Part shown: positions 24,971-64,000 of the stretch, one piece after another
Layout: every line of letters starts with the position of its first letter
Position numbering within the stretch: position 1 is the first letter of the stretch
From: Eledone cirrhosa
Lineage: Eukaryota
Length of the DNA stretch: 64,000 nucleotides
Direction of reading: 5' to 3'
Assembly (NCBI GenBank): GCA_964016885.1
Contig: OZ024742.1
Coordinates: forward strand, 126,232,001 to 126,296,000
Translations under genes and position numbers: made by a program
The notes under the pieces: model-generated
The model's database searches: none
Told to the model about the DNA's origin: nothing
What the model saw: the letters and a program-made list of their open reading frames with translations, nothing else

Positions 24971-27900
24971 ATAGAATTAATTAATAATTATTAATAATGG
25001 TATATCGTGCAATGGCCATACTCGATAACAAGGGGGCAACCATCATGTATGTATATATGTACACACAAACGTTTTCCTTGAGATTTGTTCAAATTCTGCA
25101 AATAAAAATTGAAGTCGGTTGCTAACAGTGTGGTAAAAGATTTTATATTTGTGTGAAGACATTCTAAGGATTTGGATACAAGGGAGTATATGTGAGTGAT
25201 TCAATGTGTCCATATATATGCTGGTGTATGCATTTGAGTGACGTAGTAAGTGCATATATAGGTGTATGTTTGTGAGTTACTGTCTGCTTATATGTAGGGA
25301 TTTGTGTGTGAGTTAGTGTACATATTTGTATGTATGTGAGTGTGTGCATATATGTAGGTGTATGTACATGCAATCATGTCATGAATGGACATGTCTTTTT
25401 AGTACATGATTGTGTATGTGTGTGTGTGTGTTTTATTTGCCAGATAAGTACTTTTCAGATACCAAATCCTTTTACTTTACATTGATTCAATTCTCTTCTG
25501 GTCAGTTTACCTTCAATCTCTTTTAATTCTTTTCACTTCCAATATATTTTTAATCAATTTTCACATTTATATGTTAAAGAGTTAAACTGCAGGTAAAAAT
25601 TGGTATTGTGAGGAGGTATTCAGCTCAACAAGAAGAATATTTGCTGTGTTGGGGTACAAGACAACAGTCATCATCAGCAGCAGCATCATTATCATCATTT
25701 CATGTCTGTTTTCCCTTCTAGCAAGAGTTGGACATGTCATAAGTGGATGGTCTGTACTCAAACAGAGCCTCTGACCTCCAGGTTAGCTAGGAGCTCAACA
25801 TATGATCCCATATTCAAAAAGTATTTTAAAACTGATAGGTTGATGTTATGGGGGATGACTGTATAGATTTCGGGTTTTTGGCAAAGAGAGATTTTGGAGA
25901 GCACAGATGGGAAGGAGGTGTCAAAATGGTTTAGGACGTTGTTGGTATCCTTATAGAAATGTAAGCTTGAGATAGAGATGACAGTAACTTATTGTGGTCA
26001 CCAAAGAAAAGCTCTGTTGGACAACAGTAAGCAGAAAGAATAAGGTAGCTAGGATTCTGGATTTGGAGATGGAAGTAAATAGTGGAAATTCAGGGTGCAG
26101 TTAGAAGCAGTAGGTGGAAAGAGATTCCAAAAAGGTGAGTGTTCATGAACACTTGCAAATAACAGCTTTTAACAGTGATTTGATTCTGTAGGCAATTCTT
26201 GCAAAGTAGTTACCAGTCTTCCATTTGCTCAGATTAGATACCAAAATTGTTTCTGCTAGTTTAACTGTGCCAAAATAATGTTATAAAATATTATTTATCA
26301 AGAATAACCTTCAGAACTAATGTCACATATGTTTCTATAAATTTATTTCCATTGCGGTTCTTACTATTTGAATAAAAAATAAATACATGACTTGGTGAAT
26401 TTTTTTTTTTTTTTTCTGATATAATTCAAAGTTATGAATTTCCTTGAGATGCCCTGGCAGACTTTAGTTATTTTGTTATTTATAAGATTGATTGATACCG
26501 GGTTTGATTTGAGCCCTGTATAATGTAAAAAATGTAAAAATCTTTGGCCTCGAGTTTAGTAGATATGCCACTTTAAAAAAAAATTGCCTGCACGTTGCTC
26601 ACCATAAAATAGTCCAGCTTGTATATCGTATGTTGAGTAAATTTCGGTCTGATTACATATGATTATCTATGAGCAATTCTTTTTACAATAAATATCACTA
26701 TTTTCTTTCAAATGACAGGATTTCTTTTTATTATCCATATGAATGTGTTTATGGATACACATCTTTTATTTTTACAAATTCTAACAAATATTTTTATTCT
26801 TTACAGTTTCACATCATGTGAAGTCATGTTGAAGTTGGTAAAGGAAAACAACAATAAAAACATATATAAACGTTTGCCTCAAATATTGAGACATATAATG
26901 TTGTTTTTTAAATATTTTTAACAGTCGGGTGGTATGCCACTCTAGAATAGCAACAATTGGAAACAAATATAAAATTGTTATATTCTCTACAAGAGACTAT
27001 AAAATATGTACTTCAATATGTAACTATTGAAGATATAGAACAATGATAGATCTGTGACAAATCAACAACAGTAAAATAGAATACTTAAGAGAAGGCAACA
27101 GGATCAAAATAAAATATGAAACAAAAACAAAACTGCATAATATTCCCAGGTGTATGACTTTCCCACTCTGTATAGAAGGTTGTCTAGTAATCAGTATGTT
27201 AATCAAATTCATGGGACACTCTGCCTCATAGTCCCAACCAACAGGATGGAGAAGACATTGCCCTGGAGGATGGTGAAGGGGGTGCACTGAAACAGCCTGT
27301 CCACCTTGCAGGTAGCCAGTTCCGCTCCAATAGCAGTGAGCAGGGATGTGGTTTGTGGGAAGGGGGCATGGTTGCCAGTGTTTTTTAACCTGTGTTTTCT
27401 ATCTATGCCTCATAGTTATTTTTTAATTTTATGTCTATGTTCCCTACCTTTAAACAACCTTTATTTCACGTATGTACTCCCTACCCTAAAACAACTGCTA
27501 TTTTGTGCCTATGCCCCTCACCTGTAAACAACTTTTCCTATCCACAAATTCAAAGGTCTACTTGCATGGATGCTCAGACATACTTACACTGCCAGCTAGC
27601 AAAGCCTACAGAACTCTGGGGAATTATGGAGCAAGTAGAAGAGCCATCTGAAACATTGTGGAAGCAGCAAAGATGGAATCTAGATGACTATGGCTGAAGA
27701 GAAGTGACCAGTGGGGTCAGTAGTATGTATGCCACTTGAAAACAAGCTGAGGCTTGATCCACCTCAGTTGGGTCACCTGGATGAGGGTATGGTTGATGTA
27801 TGTTCTAAGACCCAAAACACCCAGTGACTTCAGGATACAACACTGATAATGCATCCATGGATGTGTGAAGAATGTGGCAATAAATGATCAACTTTAGAAC

Positions 27901-28019
27901 TACAATAGCAACCATACTGCTTCTTGATACCTATTTTGTCTTTCTTTTTAATGTCGATGTATTAATACACTGATTAGTTGTAATATCATCAAAAATATGT
28001 CTGGAGATCTCACCCTACT

Positions 28020-28139
28020 GCTAAAGATCAGGCTCAATTCCCACTGCATTTTAAAGATCAGACTCAATCCCCACTGCATACTAAAGATCAGACTCAATCC
28101 CCACTGCATACTAAAGATCAGACTCAATTCCCACTGCAC
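28020..28139. repeat. 30-bp tandem repeat x4
   Basis: CTAAAGATCAGACTCAATYCCCACTGCATA units. Confidence 0.9.
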
Positions 28140-28394
28140 TCCATATTTGATTAGCGTTAATTAATTAAAATTTCAGAGTCCTCTCCCCTGATATTTTATT
28201 ATTATAACCATTAGATATTGGTTGTTTATTAAGATTTGAATTTTAATTAAAATTTCTTAGTTTAGTACACAAATATGCTAACACCTACTTTACTACTAAG
28301 TTTTTATACAGTAGGGATCCCTGAGAAATTTTCCTCAGTCACACTATTTTAGTGCTTCAAAACCATTTTTTCCCAGCAATTGGATGTTAAAGAA

Positions 28395-28660
28395 TCTAGT
28401 GGTAAGGATGTTGAACTTATGATCATAAAGTCGTGGGTTCGATTCGTGGACCAGGTTGTGTGTTGTGTTCTTGAGCAAAACCCTTTATTTCACATTGCTC
28501 CAGTATACTCAGCTGAAAATGAGTACCAGCTAGGGGATTAACCCTGTAAGGGACTAGTGTCCTCTCCAGGGGGGGGGGGGGGGGTCTTGTACTCTCAGTC
28601 ACTTAACACCACAGAAACTGGGATAAGCACCAGGCTGATGAGCTTCCAGGTACAAGACTA
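28395..28660 (+). mobile_element. tRNA-derived SINE with CORE/V-like domain (representative copy)
   Basis: TAGTGGTAAG A-box, GGTTCGATTC B-box, TGTGTTCTTGAGCAAAAC...TTGCTCCAG; other copies at ~16950, 29413, 41368, 47172, 56000-56270 (-). Confidence 0.75.
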
Positions 28661-28971
28661 ATTTTAGACTAGAGAAAATAGATAATGGAATTTGTTATAA
28701 GTCAAGCAAATATGATTAGGCAGTTCCACTGCTTAGTTCAAGGCCATATTATTACAATCAAGAACACAACACATTGATATGGTAGAGCTAACACTCATTT
28801 GTTTGTTCCAAGTCATAACACACTGCATATGCTATGACTAAGGAAAATAAATAATTTGATACATTAATTTCCTTGTCCTGCCACAATGCATTAAAAAAAA
28901 AATCAGTGTACACACATTTTCTTTGTTTTTTTAGTTCACCGAGAAAAAATGTTAACAATTTGATATTTTGC

Positions 28972-29148
28972 ATCTGTCACAATGTAAATGACTAATAATA
29001 GTTATCATTATAAAGAATTGTTGAGAAAATCGGATAAAGTACCCCTGGAGATAGAAAAAAGTGGACAGGGGTACTTTGTCTGATTTTCTCAACTATTATT
29101 TATAATGATCAACTACTGTTATAGTCATTTGCATTGGGACAACTACAT
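28972..29148. mobile_element. Fold-back (hairpin) MITE-like element
   Basis: Imperfect ~75-bp inverted arms, e.g. TTGAGAAAATCGGATAAAGTACCCCTG / CAGGGGTACTTTGTCTGATTTTCTCAA. Confidence 0.7.
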
Positions 29149-30885
29149 TTTAAATATACATGCCCTTTTCTATGCTCACATAGGTTGGACAAGATGGTTA
29201 GAGTTGAGAAAATATTTTATAGTTGGATGCCCTTCATGATGCCAACCATACATATTTATATATTTGCTATATGGGGATGCTTATTAATAATTTTAGATGT
29301 CAGCAGGCCAAAACAAAAAGAGAGGGGAACAGTTGTAATAGGCTGACTATTTTTTTTCTAAATCTCTACTTCTTTTATTCTGTTCTGTTACCTGAAAATA
29401 TATCATCTCAGTGAAGGCATGTGGCTTAGTGATTAGAGAATTGGATTCGCAATTGTGAGGTCACGAGTTCAATTCCCAGACTGGGTAATATGTTATTTCC
29501 TTGAGCAAGACACTTTATTTCACATTGTTCCTTCTCCCAAGAGTTGTGACCATGACACCAGTACTAACACGTCATTGAGTGGACTGGGTTTATTTTATCA
29601 TGATACCAGCACTAACACCTTATAGAAAAGTTGCCTCCTTTCCTGTAAGACTAAAAGTGCTCTCCAATTCAAAAGTATGCACTTACAAACATTCCTATGT
29701 TTGATACATTATGTATGCTTGGATCCATAATTCTTGATGGAGTCATAGGGGTGCAGAGTGTGTCTCAGGCATTTCTGAAACCTGGTGAAGACCATAATCT
29801 CTCCATATCTGAAACAGCTGATTTCTTCAAGAAGAAGAGAGAGTGTGATAGTGCTGGTGCCATGATAAAACACACCCAACCCGCTCTATAAAGTGGTAGT
29901 GCTGCTGCAATGATAATACACATTCAATCCACTCTATAAAGTGGTAGTGCTGCTGCCATGATCAAATACAATCAGCCCACACTGCAAAGTGGTAATGCCA
30001 TAATAGTATGGAAACATTGTTTTCTAGGTCCAATTTGACAAGTTCCACCCCACTCTGTAAGTGAATGATGTCTGGGATCTTACTGATTGATTTGATATCG
30101 TCTCTACACTATATACATGTATAAGTACATTATGTTGAATGGACTTCTGCCAGTTTCAACAATGTTTTCAATTGTTTGAACACTGGAAAAACCTACTCAT
30201 GAAATTAAGGCATAAGTGCCTGAGCATTCATCAGACATGTATACCCTTAATGTAATTCTCAGGGAGATTTAGCAAGAAACAGTGTGTGACAAGGCTGTCC
30301 TTAAAATTACAAGTACAGTCTATTTGACAAACTTCCAAACAGTTTCTGTCTACCCAATTTTACTCACAAGGCATGGGTCCATCTGATACTATGATCAATG
30401 ACACTTGCTCAAGATGCCATGTGATGGGATCAAACCTGGGACCTAATGATTGTGAAGTGAACTTAACAATTTTTCCATGATGCATCCACACATCATGTGT
30501 ACTATATACAGGTATATAGAGGTACATGTATATACCTGTAACCCATACATAAATTATATGTATTTAGCATTGATTACTAAAATACTTTTTACTATTTTTT
30601 TTTTTTTAAATAAAATTTTAAATGAATTTAACATGTTGAAATAAGGCCTACATTTTACATGAGTCTGCATGACTCAGCTTTGCATGAGTACAATACCTTG
30701 TATGCTTTCTAAAACAGAAAATGAAAGATGTAGTTCCTTATATTCAAACATGTTTTGTGTGAAAAATTGCTTTAAAAAAAATGACTTAAAAATAAAGGGA
30801 AAAATTAAAACCGTGAAAAACTTGATAAAAATGTTTTGAAAAGAATACAGTAAAAAAAATATGGTATGGCTGGTGTTGACCTCTT

Positions 30886-55796
<24,911 letters not shown>

Positions 55797-57067
55797 TTAC
55801 TGTACCACATCAAACCACATTAACAAAACAATCTTGAAAGATACAAAACAACACTATGAATTCATCACATTAAACATTTTTTACCCTTATACTGCAGATT
55901 TTCAAAGTGGTCAGTCCACGTGATACTATATAAAGACTCCCATCAGTCACAAATGCCCATGGAATTTGCACCTAGAATGTTCCCTTCCATGGCACAAGTC
56001 TGGGCAAGATGTTTTTTGTGGAAGACTAGCAGTTGCTCATGTATAACAGCCTCCTCTCTCCATGCCAATGTTATTGTCCACGAGAAAGGCAAAAGCTGAT
56101 ACAGCTCAGCACCAGTGACATCACAACTCATTTCTACAACTGAATGAACTGAAGCAACATGAAATAAAGTGTCTTGCTCAAGACACAACGCATTGCCTGG
56201 TCCAGGAATTGCACTCACAACCTCATTATTGAGAATTTAACTCTCTAATCATTAATACATGTACCTTCACAAAAATATTATATACACTTGAAATAACAAG
56301 CACAGTTTTAGATATTTTCTGCTAAATCATTACAAGATATTAAGATTTAATTGTCAGAATCAGAAGAGCTAAATGCTTTGTGGTATATGTTTTTATGTCT
56401 ATTTCTGGTCTCCTTGAATTGATATCAGACCAAGGTCAACTTTACTTTTCATCCGTCCAAGATTGATAAAATAAGTATCAGTCAACTACTGAGGGTAGAT
56501 ATAAATGACAGTATACTACTCATAAGTAGCTGTCTTATAAATCTTTATAAATTACCTCTCTTTTTACATTAAACCGTCCTCTACTACCAGAGAAATATAT
56601 TTATATACATTTGTGTACGCTTGATTTTAGGACAGTTACACTGTATCCATAAGCTATGTGTGTATGAACCCATAACTCCTGAGTGAGTCATAGGGGCACC
56701 ACATTGACATACAGCGTATCTAAGGCATTTTTTAAAACCTAACAGAGCCCCTCTCCTCCACAGGTCTGAATACAGCAGATTTCTTCTGAGAAGGATAGAG
56801 AGTGGAAGAATGGAAGTGAGAAAGAGGTATAGAAGAAGAAAAGAACCACTACTTGACTGGTATTTTTTTTTTATCGACCTTACAAGCAAAGTTATCAGTT
56901 ATAGGAGGTGACTAAATAGGTTTGCATGAGGAGAAGATAGCCAGCCATGAAGCACTGCCCCAACAACTCCCAGTCAACCTATGTCAGCACGGAAAAGCAG
57001 AAATAAAAATAATGATGATGACGAAGATTATGTTTAAACATAGGCCATATACTTTTTCTGTCTTTAA

Positions 57068-58032
57068 CCCTTTAGCATTTGCATTACTCTACATATACTA
57101 TTGTATTTACATGATAAAGGCTTTACCTCATATAATATTTCACATAATATCGAATCTATGAGACTTTGACATTATTTATTTTGAGAACAATACCTTAATA
57201 CCAGTATGAGTGGCTGGTTACAGCTAGTTTGAACAGAAAGAGGTGAGAGAATTCTGGCCGGATTTGGCCGGTTTAAATGCGTGTATCCGAACAGCGATGT
57301 TGCATGGTAGTGAGACCTGGGCGCTGAAGGTGGAAGACTTACGTAGATTAGAGAGAAACGAAGCCTGCATGCTCTGATCTGATGGATGTGTAATAGTAAT
57401 ATACGCGACCGACAAAGCATAAATGAATTGAGAGAGAGACTGAGCATAAGAGGAATCAAATGCTGTGTGCAGGAAAGGCGGTTGCATGTGTATGGACATG
57501 TGATGCGTATGAAGGATGACAGCTTCATAAAAAGGTGCAGAGCACTAGAAGTCGATGGAAACCGCGGAGTGGGGAGACCCAAGATGACCTGGGATGAGGT
57601 GATAAAAGCCGACCTTACCCAATTATACCTCTCAAAGGCGATGACACACGACCGTGACCTCTGGCGTCACGCAGTAATACAGAGTACCCAACCTCCCATG
57701 GGTACAAGCTGAAGCATATAGACAATATGACCCCACACCCTCCCACTGCAAGGTGGTCGTGGAGGTGCCATGGCAAAAAAGCACCCAGCCGACACTGTAA
57801 AGTGGACGTGTAGGCGCCACGAAAAAGCACCCAGCACTCACTGTAAATGAGGTTGGTGTTAGGAAGGGCATCCAGCTGTAGAAATCAAGTCAAATCAGTT
57901 CTTGTATGAGCAAGGCATGGTCAGCCGACCAGACACTGCCCACAACAGGACAACCCGTCTAACCCATGCTAGCGTGGAAGAACGGACGTAAAACGGTGAT
58001 GATGATGATGATGATGATGAAATGCTAAAGGA
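57068..58032. mobile_element. piggyBac-type MITE (family of 39631-39839) interrupted by an RTE 3' fragment (57281-58019)
   Basis: TTAA|CCCTTTAGCATT...AATGCTAAAGG; insert encodes MLHGSETW...LRERL...YGHVMRM...RGVGRPK.TW, has a (GAT)n tail and 6-bp TSD AAATGC. Confidence 0.8.
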
Positions 58033-59099
58033 ATAAGGGTTTACACCCTATTTTATAACATCTCCACGCATCATCACATCATTCAGTATATTAGCCATAT
58101 GACTGTAATATTAAACAGAGTTAATCTCAAAGTAACCTTTACTATGAGATCAAATGAAATCATTACAAACAACAGTCCCTTAGATTTACTTTACATCACA
58201 ATAACTGTAGAAAGATAGCAAAATTTAGCCCCCTCCTCTCCCCAGTAACATCAAAACAAATAAAGATGTTTGGGGCTAAGAAATTCACCTTGCAACCATG
58301 TGGTTCTGGGTTAGATCATGCAACACAAATGCCTTCTACCAGAGCCCTATGTTGACCAATGCCTTGTGAGTGGAATTTGGTAGAGGGGAAACTGTGAAAG
58401 CTTGTCTATCAACCCTAGTACTTTGTTTGGTACACATTCTACAATATCAATGTTTATTGAATGGTTCAATTTAACTATAGAGTTATGTCCCTTTTTAGTT
58501 ATGTATGTATCTTATGGTATTTGCACTGATTTACACATACACACATATACTTACATATGGTAATAGGAAGGGCAGGCAATAAGAGGGGAATCCAGGCATA
58601 GAAAATCTGTCAAATAAAGGGTCAGCAGGCCTGATTAGCTGCGTCTAAGATATGAAACCTCCCTAGTTCTGGTGGCCTGATAAAATGCATCTTGTGCACT
58701 CTGTAAAGTTCAGGAATGTATGTAAGTGAGAAGTGGAGTCCCAGACCATCTGAGTACTGACTTGGTCTGTGACAACCCACCTAACACTTGCTAGGAAAAC
58801 AAATGTTAAACGATGATGATGATTATATATATATATATATATATTTTTTTTTTAATGCCTATTATGTATACATATATATATATATTGGAAGACTGTAAGA
58901 TAGACTTTACTTGTATATCAATGGACTAGCTATTTCACACTGAATTTCCCTGAGAATTACATTAAGCATTAAGTGTACAAGCATCTGTGAATGGTCAGTC
59001 ACTTGCTCATTAATTTCACCAGCAGGCCATTCCATTGATCAAACAACTAGAACACTAAATTTTGAAACTGACGGAAGTCCATTCTATATAAATGTATAT

Positions 59100-59500
59100 C
59101 AATGATGAAGCAACCATGCTTCATTGGATGTGCAATGTAAATGTGAGAGAACGGCAAAGCTTGGATGAACTAAGGGAGAAACTAGGTTTAAGAGCAATGA
59201 GTAGTGGTGTGCAAGAAAGAAGACTGTGTTGATATGGGTATGTGATGTGTATGGATGATGATTGCTGGGTGAAGAAGTGCCAGGAAATCCCAGTGCAAGG
59301 AAGCTGCAGTAGAAATAGAACAAGAAAGACCTGAGCGGAGGTGGTGAGAGTGGATTTCAAATCGCTGAGACTCACAGAGGATATGACGAAGGAGTGCGAT
59401 GAGTAGAGAGATGCTGTGCTGAAATGGAACAATCCAACCATAGCAACCTTAGCAAGTGTGGAAAAACGGACGTAAAAATGATGATTATGATGACGATGAT
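59100..59500 (+). mobile_element. Decayed RTE 3' fragment (relatives at ~41830, 45230, 61970)
   Basis: ELREKLG...VQERRL...GRNRTRKT..VVRVD..L.LTEDM; (GAT)n tail. Confidence 0.7.
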
Positions 59501-62427
59501 TTGCTAGTTGCCAGCACATCTGAAGACAAACACAAGAGTCATCTTCACCTACTTTTTTTATTGTCTTTCTCAATATGGCGTCATTATCAATCCCAGTATA
59601 TGTCTTTCAGATGGTACTTCTATAGCGAGTGAAGATTTTCATTGATTTGATTGCTTGGTTGCTGCTTACTTGTCATTTGCTTTGTGATGTGGTCAACGTT
59701 GTGTAGAGTGTAGGAGAAACAAGATGATGTGCCTGTATGCATGTGACCAGAGATTGCAGGTACGCAAATGAGTACCAGTATTTATTATGATGATGATGAT
59801 GTGATGATTCCTTGGGTAAGTGATTTACCCTGATCACATAGGTATTGAAATATAAAAAACCAAATCACAACTTGAATAATTTTATAAAATTCATAACCTG
59901 CTATGAGGTTACTGTGATAATATAGGAGAACAAAGATATTCAGTTGTAGTGTTGCTTCTGTATAAGTGCATGCAATAGTTCCAAAAGATGATATTCACAG
60001 TCGATGCATGGTCTAACCTTTGTTGAAGTGCCAATGGGAGTATGTCTGCTTTGGCCCATTGGCCAAAGTGATAGTCTGATTGATGATTACATTGCTCTGC
60101 TTGCTGGAACAAACTGATTGTGTAGTGTCTGTTTTGAGAGACAAGAGCAGAATGAATTAATGAAGTTAGTTATCTCTTGACAAACTGTAAATGACATCTA
60201 GTTGGATATTTCTCCATACAAGCTGGCGCCTGGTCCCAAACAAAGGAAGTCAACATCTATATTGCCAAAATGTCAGCATGTGTGGTCACACAGACCTACT
60301 TAGCCAACAGAGGAAACGCATTTCTGTTACACTTCTATAAATTCTTTTAGACACTTGATCCTTAAGGTATTTGACAACTCGACAATAAGATTAAATTGAT
60401 CTTAAATTTTACAGCACCTATTTCGTTGATGTAGACAGACAAAATGAAACTTAATTAAACTTGCAAGTGTTATTGAAGTCTTTCTTTTCTAGGATTTATA
60501 TCTTATTTACCTTATTTTGTTAATTTGTGGGCGGGTGTCTACAGTCTGTTGTAGGAAAGTCCACAAATAGATCATTGAGAAAAACATTTTCACAAATATA
60601 AAAATATATTCAGAAGGCAACGATTTATAACAATCACTTTCATTTTATTGATTGCTATTTTATATACGTAAAGCGAAACAAACCCAGATAAAGAAGTCCT
60701 TGATATACAATGATTATTTTAAAAAATGAATAAATAAAAAGTGGAGTTAATGGCTAGAACGTTTTTGATAATAGGTTTACGCTCGATCTGGAGCTAAAGA
60801 ACAACAACTCTATACTGAAATGATGTTGATAATTATCTCCCTTGCACTAAAGACAACTAAATGGATAATGTTATTGTTAGCATGTGAAGTTAACTTTGCC
60901 TTTCATCCTTACGGGGTCGATAAAATAAAGTACCAGTAATACACTGGATAAAAAAATTGCTGGCCTTGTGCCAAAAGTAGAAACAGTTATTGTTAGCATG
61001 TGAAGAAGTTTCTAATTTTAGAATCCGCTCCTTTATACACCACACTAGCTTTATCTATTTTCTGCTATTTCGTGAACTGATTAGTATGGCTGTAAACGAT
61101 TAATAATCTCCTCGGCCTGCTAGAAATAAGTTATCTCCCTTTCAAATCATACGCTACTACCATAAAAAAATAACTAAGGACAGTTAATTTTAGATATAGA
61201 TATATGTCGAAATAAATGTAAGTTGTATATTTTCCAAGGCACACACACACACATATTGTATATGTGTGTGTGTGTGGTCCCGTAACTCCTGATGGAGGTG
61301 CCATAGTGGCATACAGCGTTTCTTGAGTATTTTAAATCTGGCAGAGCTTATCTCCTCCTCAGGTCTGAATAGAGCGGATTTTTTCCGATGAGAGAATGGA
61401 AATGAGAAAGAGATATAGAGGAAGAATTAACCCCAGTACTAGACTGGTACTTATTCTATCGACCTCGAAAATATGAAAGGTAAAGTTGACCTTGGCGGAA
61501 TTTCAACTCAGAGAGCAGAGAGCTGGAAAGAATACCACAAAGTGTTCTAGCCAATGTTTTAACGCCCATGCCAATTTACCACCTTCACACTGTAAACGTG
61601 GTTGGTGTTAGGAAGGGCATCCAGCCGTAGAAAACCTGCCAGACAGTCCTATACGAGCAAGACAACCAATCTTGCCTCAAGTGGGAAAACTCCCGTCCAA
61701 ACCCATGCAAGCGTGGAAGATGGACGTTAAACGATGATGATGATGATGACTCTCACATTAACTACATCTAAATAGACTAGAGTTTCACAAAATATTTTCA
61801 AATATTGTTCCCTATACATAGAATAACTACCTTCTTTGTGCACGGAACCATAAACATAATAATTCTCTGATGAATTGAAGGTGCAGGGCTAATGGATAGG
61901 ATGCTTGACATAGAATTGTAGAAGGAAGTCACAGTAGAAGTAAATCAAGGAAGATCTCCACAGAGGTAGTAAGATCTCAAATCACTAAGACTCACAGAGG
62001 AGATAACAAAAGAACACAATGAGTGGAGAGATGCAGTACAGCAAAGGACCTGTCCAACCCATGCAAACATGGAAAAACAGATGTCAAAACAGCGATGATG
62101 TGTGTGTGGGTGTACATACATATGTATACACACACACACATATATATAAATATATATATATATTGTCCCACCCTTGCAAGCAGGGAAAATCAGATGTAAA
62201 ATGATGATGATATCATCATCATCATCACTATTTATCATCCATCTTCCATGCTTGCATAGGTTAAACGAGTTGTCCAGTCAGGTGATCATATCCTTCTCAT
62301 AAGTTGTCCAGTTTTTGGCATGGTTTCTATGGCTGTATGTCTTCCTAATGCTATTTTATATATATATATATACAGACGCATACATACATATAAATATACA
62401 CACACAGACTGGCTGATTAGTCAGCAT

Positions 62428-64000
62428 CAGGGCTGCCAAAACCTCAATAACTTTGCTTAAAAAGTACCAAAATATACAAAACATACCAAATCCAATTACA
62501 TCAATATGAAACCCCATAAATGTTAAAAAAGAAAATGCTTTACATTTTTACTTTATATATTTTAATAAAAAGAAATGTCTTCTTTTCCCACACTTTTCTT
62601 GCTGTACCAGTTTCTTTCTTGCAGTTTAAGACAAAGTAGGTGTTGTGGATGCCACTTAGAGCAGTCAATTGTTTGCAGCAGAAACTTTGATCTTAGCAGG
62701 GCATTAACTTAACTTTGATAGGTTTCGGCCAGTATTGGCCCAGGCCATGTCTAAACTAATAACACCACCTGGCATTGAATATTAATGTTTTAAAGCATTG
62801 CAAGTTTTTGTTTTTATGTTGCTGAGAAGGAAAAAACTTTTTTCTGCAGAATGTGGCAATGAAAGAAGCTGCATTATGAGCTTAGATAGGAAGCGATATA
62901 TGTAAACACATTTTTTTTGAGAAACCAGTATTTTTCAGGCTCATTTTGTGCATTAAGAGATGTATCTTGCAGAGTCAATTCCCACCATTCTCTATTTATT
63001 TGTTGATAGTGGTCTTCATGCACAAGGTTGGAAAATTTCATTGCCAATGGTATGATCGATTTTAGTTTACCTTCAATAACATTGGTCAGGTCTAAAGCTT
63101 CAAGTAACTCTAAATTTGTAAACATATCACATAAGAAGTATTGCATCATTTGCTTTGTAAGGCACACATAGAGACACAATATTTTTACTTGATATTCTTG
63201 TAACTCCTTTGGGAAATGGTAGCAGAGTTTTCTATCAAAATACTTCCTGCCGTGGCACCATAATAGATGTCTTTTATTTTAAGGTATGTAGAAGGATCAT
63301 TCACATTTATTTCACTGATATCATTCAGTTTCAATAACTATCTTTTGGTAAAGTTACTGAGAATAGCTTTCATTACGGTGTTAATGGACTTTTGTAACTT
63401 TTCTATATGTTTCAAATTGGAACTTGAAATTGAACTTATCAATGTCTGGTAAAATATAAGCAAGGAAAGCAAAATACATTTTGTAATTCCCTTAATATTT
63501 TGGAACTCATCATGGGGATACCATCTTCCTATGCTGCCATTGTGAAATTAACAAAAGTGCTGGCGACTGCACCAAAGTTCTTTGTAAAACATGTTTCAAA
63601 GAAAACCATCTTATGTGAAAAATTTTGTAAGGACTGATATTTGTAATTTTTTGAAATTCCTTATATTTAGCTAGGTGCTTTGAATTATTGTTCAGGTATG
63701 AAAAAATATTTCTTGCTAATTCTTCTAAATAATATGGTAGTTTATTGCAGGCTTTAGAAATGCACAGATATAGGAATGGCTAAACAAGGCTGTATGGATA
63801 TATCAGGATTTTTCTGCTTCAACATATGTTGAATTCCTCCTTTGCTTCCCATTCCCATCATAATACTAGCATTATCACTGGCAAATCCAATTAAGTTTTC
63901 AAGAGAGATATTATTTTCAATGAGAAATGATTGTAGACAATTATAAGTCCCAAGTGCACTACAGTCTTTAATTTCCATAAGCATCAAAAAAATCATCCAC
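62428..64000 (-). mobile_element. Decayed hAT-superfamily transposase running off the window
   Basis: LIGFASDNASIMMG..KGGIQHMLKQKNP.I...C; later LLSLPHSAE-like dimerisation remnant; CAGGGCTGCCAAAA terminus at 62428. Confidence 0.75.

Overview
AT-rich, microsatellite- and transposon-dense animal DNA, probably a cephalopod such as Octopus (inferred from the kb-long (TA)n tracts and SINE/RTE repertoire). It holds one host gene: a spliced minus-strand class-III PLP aminotransferase-fold phospho-lyase of the ETNPPL/PHYKPL (AGXT2L) family. Ten coding exons join in frame with GT-AG sites from 55710 to the stop at 30886; exon 1 was not found. The rest is mostly mobile-element debris: a near full-length CR1-group LINE (300-4290), Penelope-like elements (PLEs) of three types, a decayed Gypsy element, RTE, R4/Dong and CRE fragments, Tc1/mariner, hAT and piggyBac pieces and MITEs, many tRNA-derived SINEs, and minisatellites. 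Top observations: (1) the LINE has a Myb/SANT(trihelix)+CCCH ORF1 overlapping an ORF2 whose first conserved motif precedes any ATG, with an HIV-type AAU UUU UUA slippery site in the overlap, suggesting an ORF1-ORF2 fusion by -1 frameshifting; (2) four type-I hammerhead ribozyme motifs at PLE ends, including a U3:A8 core variant and a pair with a greatly expanded stem II; (3) an in-frame TGA at a plausible Cys position in a Naiad-type GIY-YIG endonuclease; (4) an unidentified ~100-nt motif with a TTCG-loop hairpin found twice beside PLE ends. All calls were made by eye without database searches.
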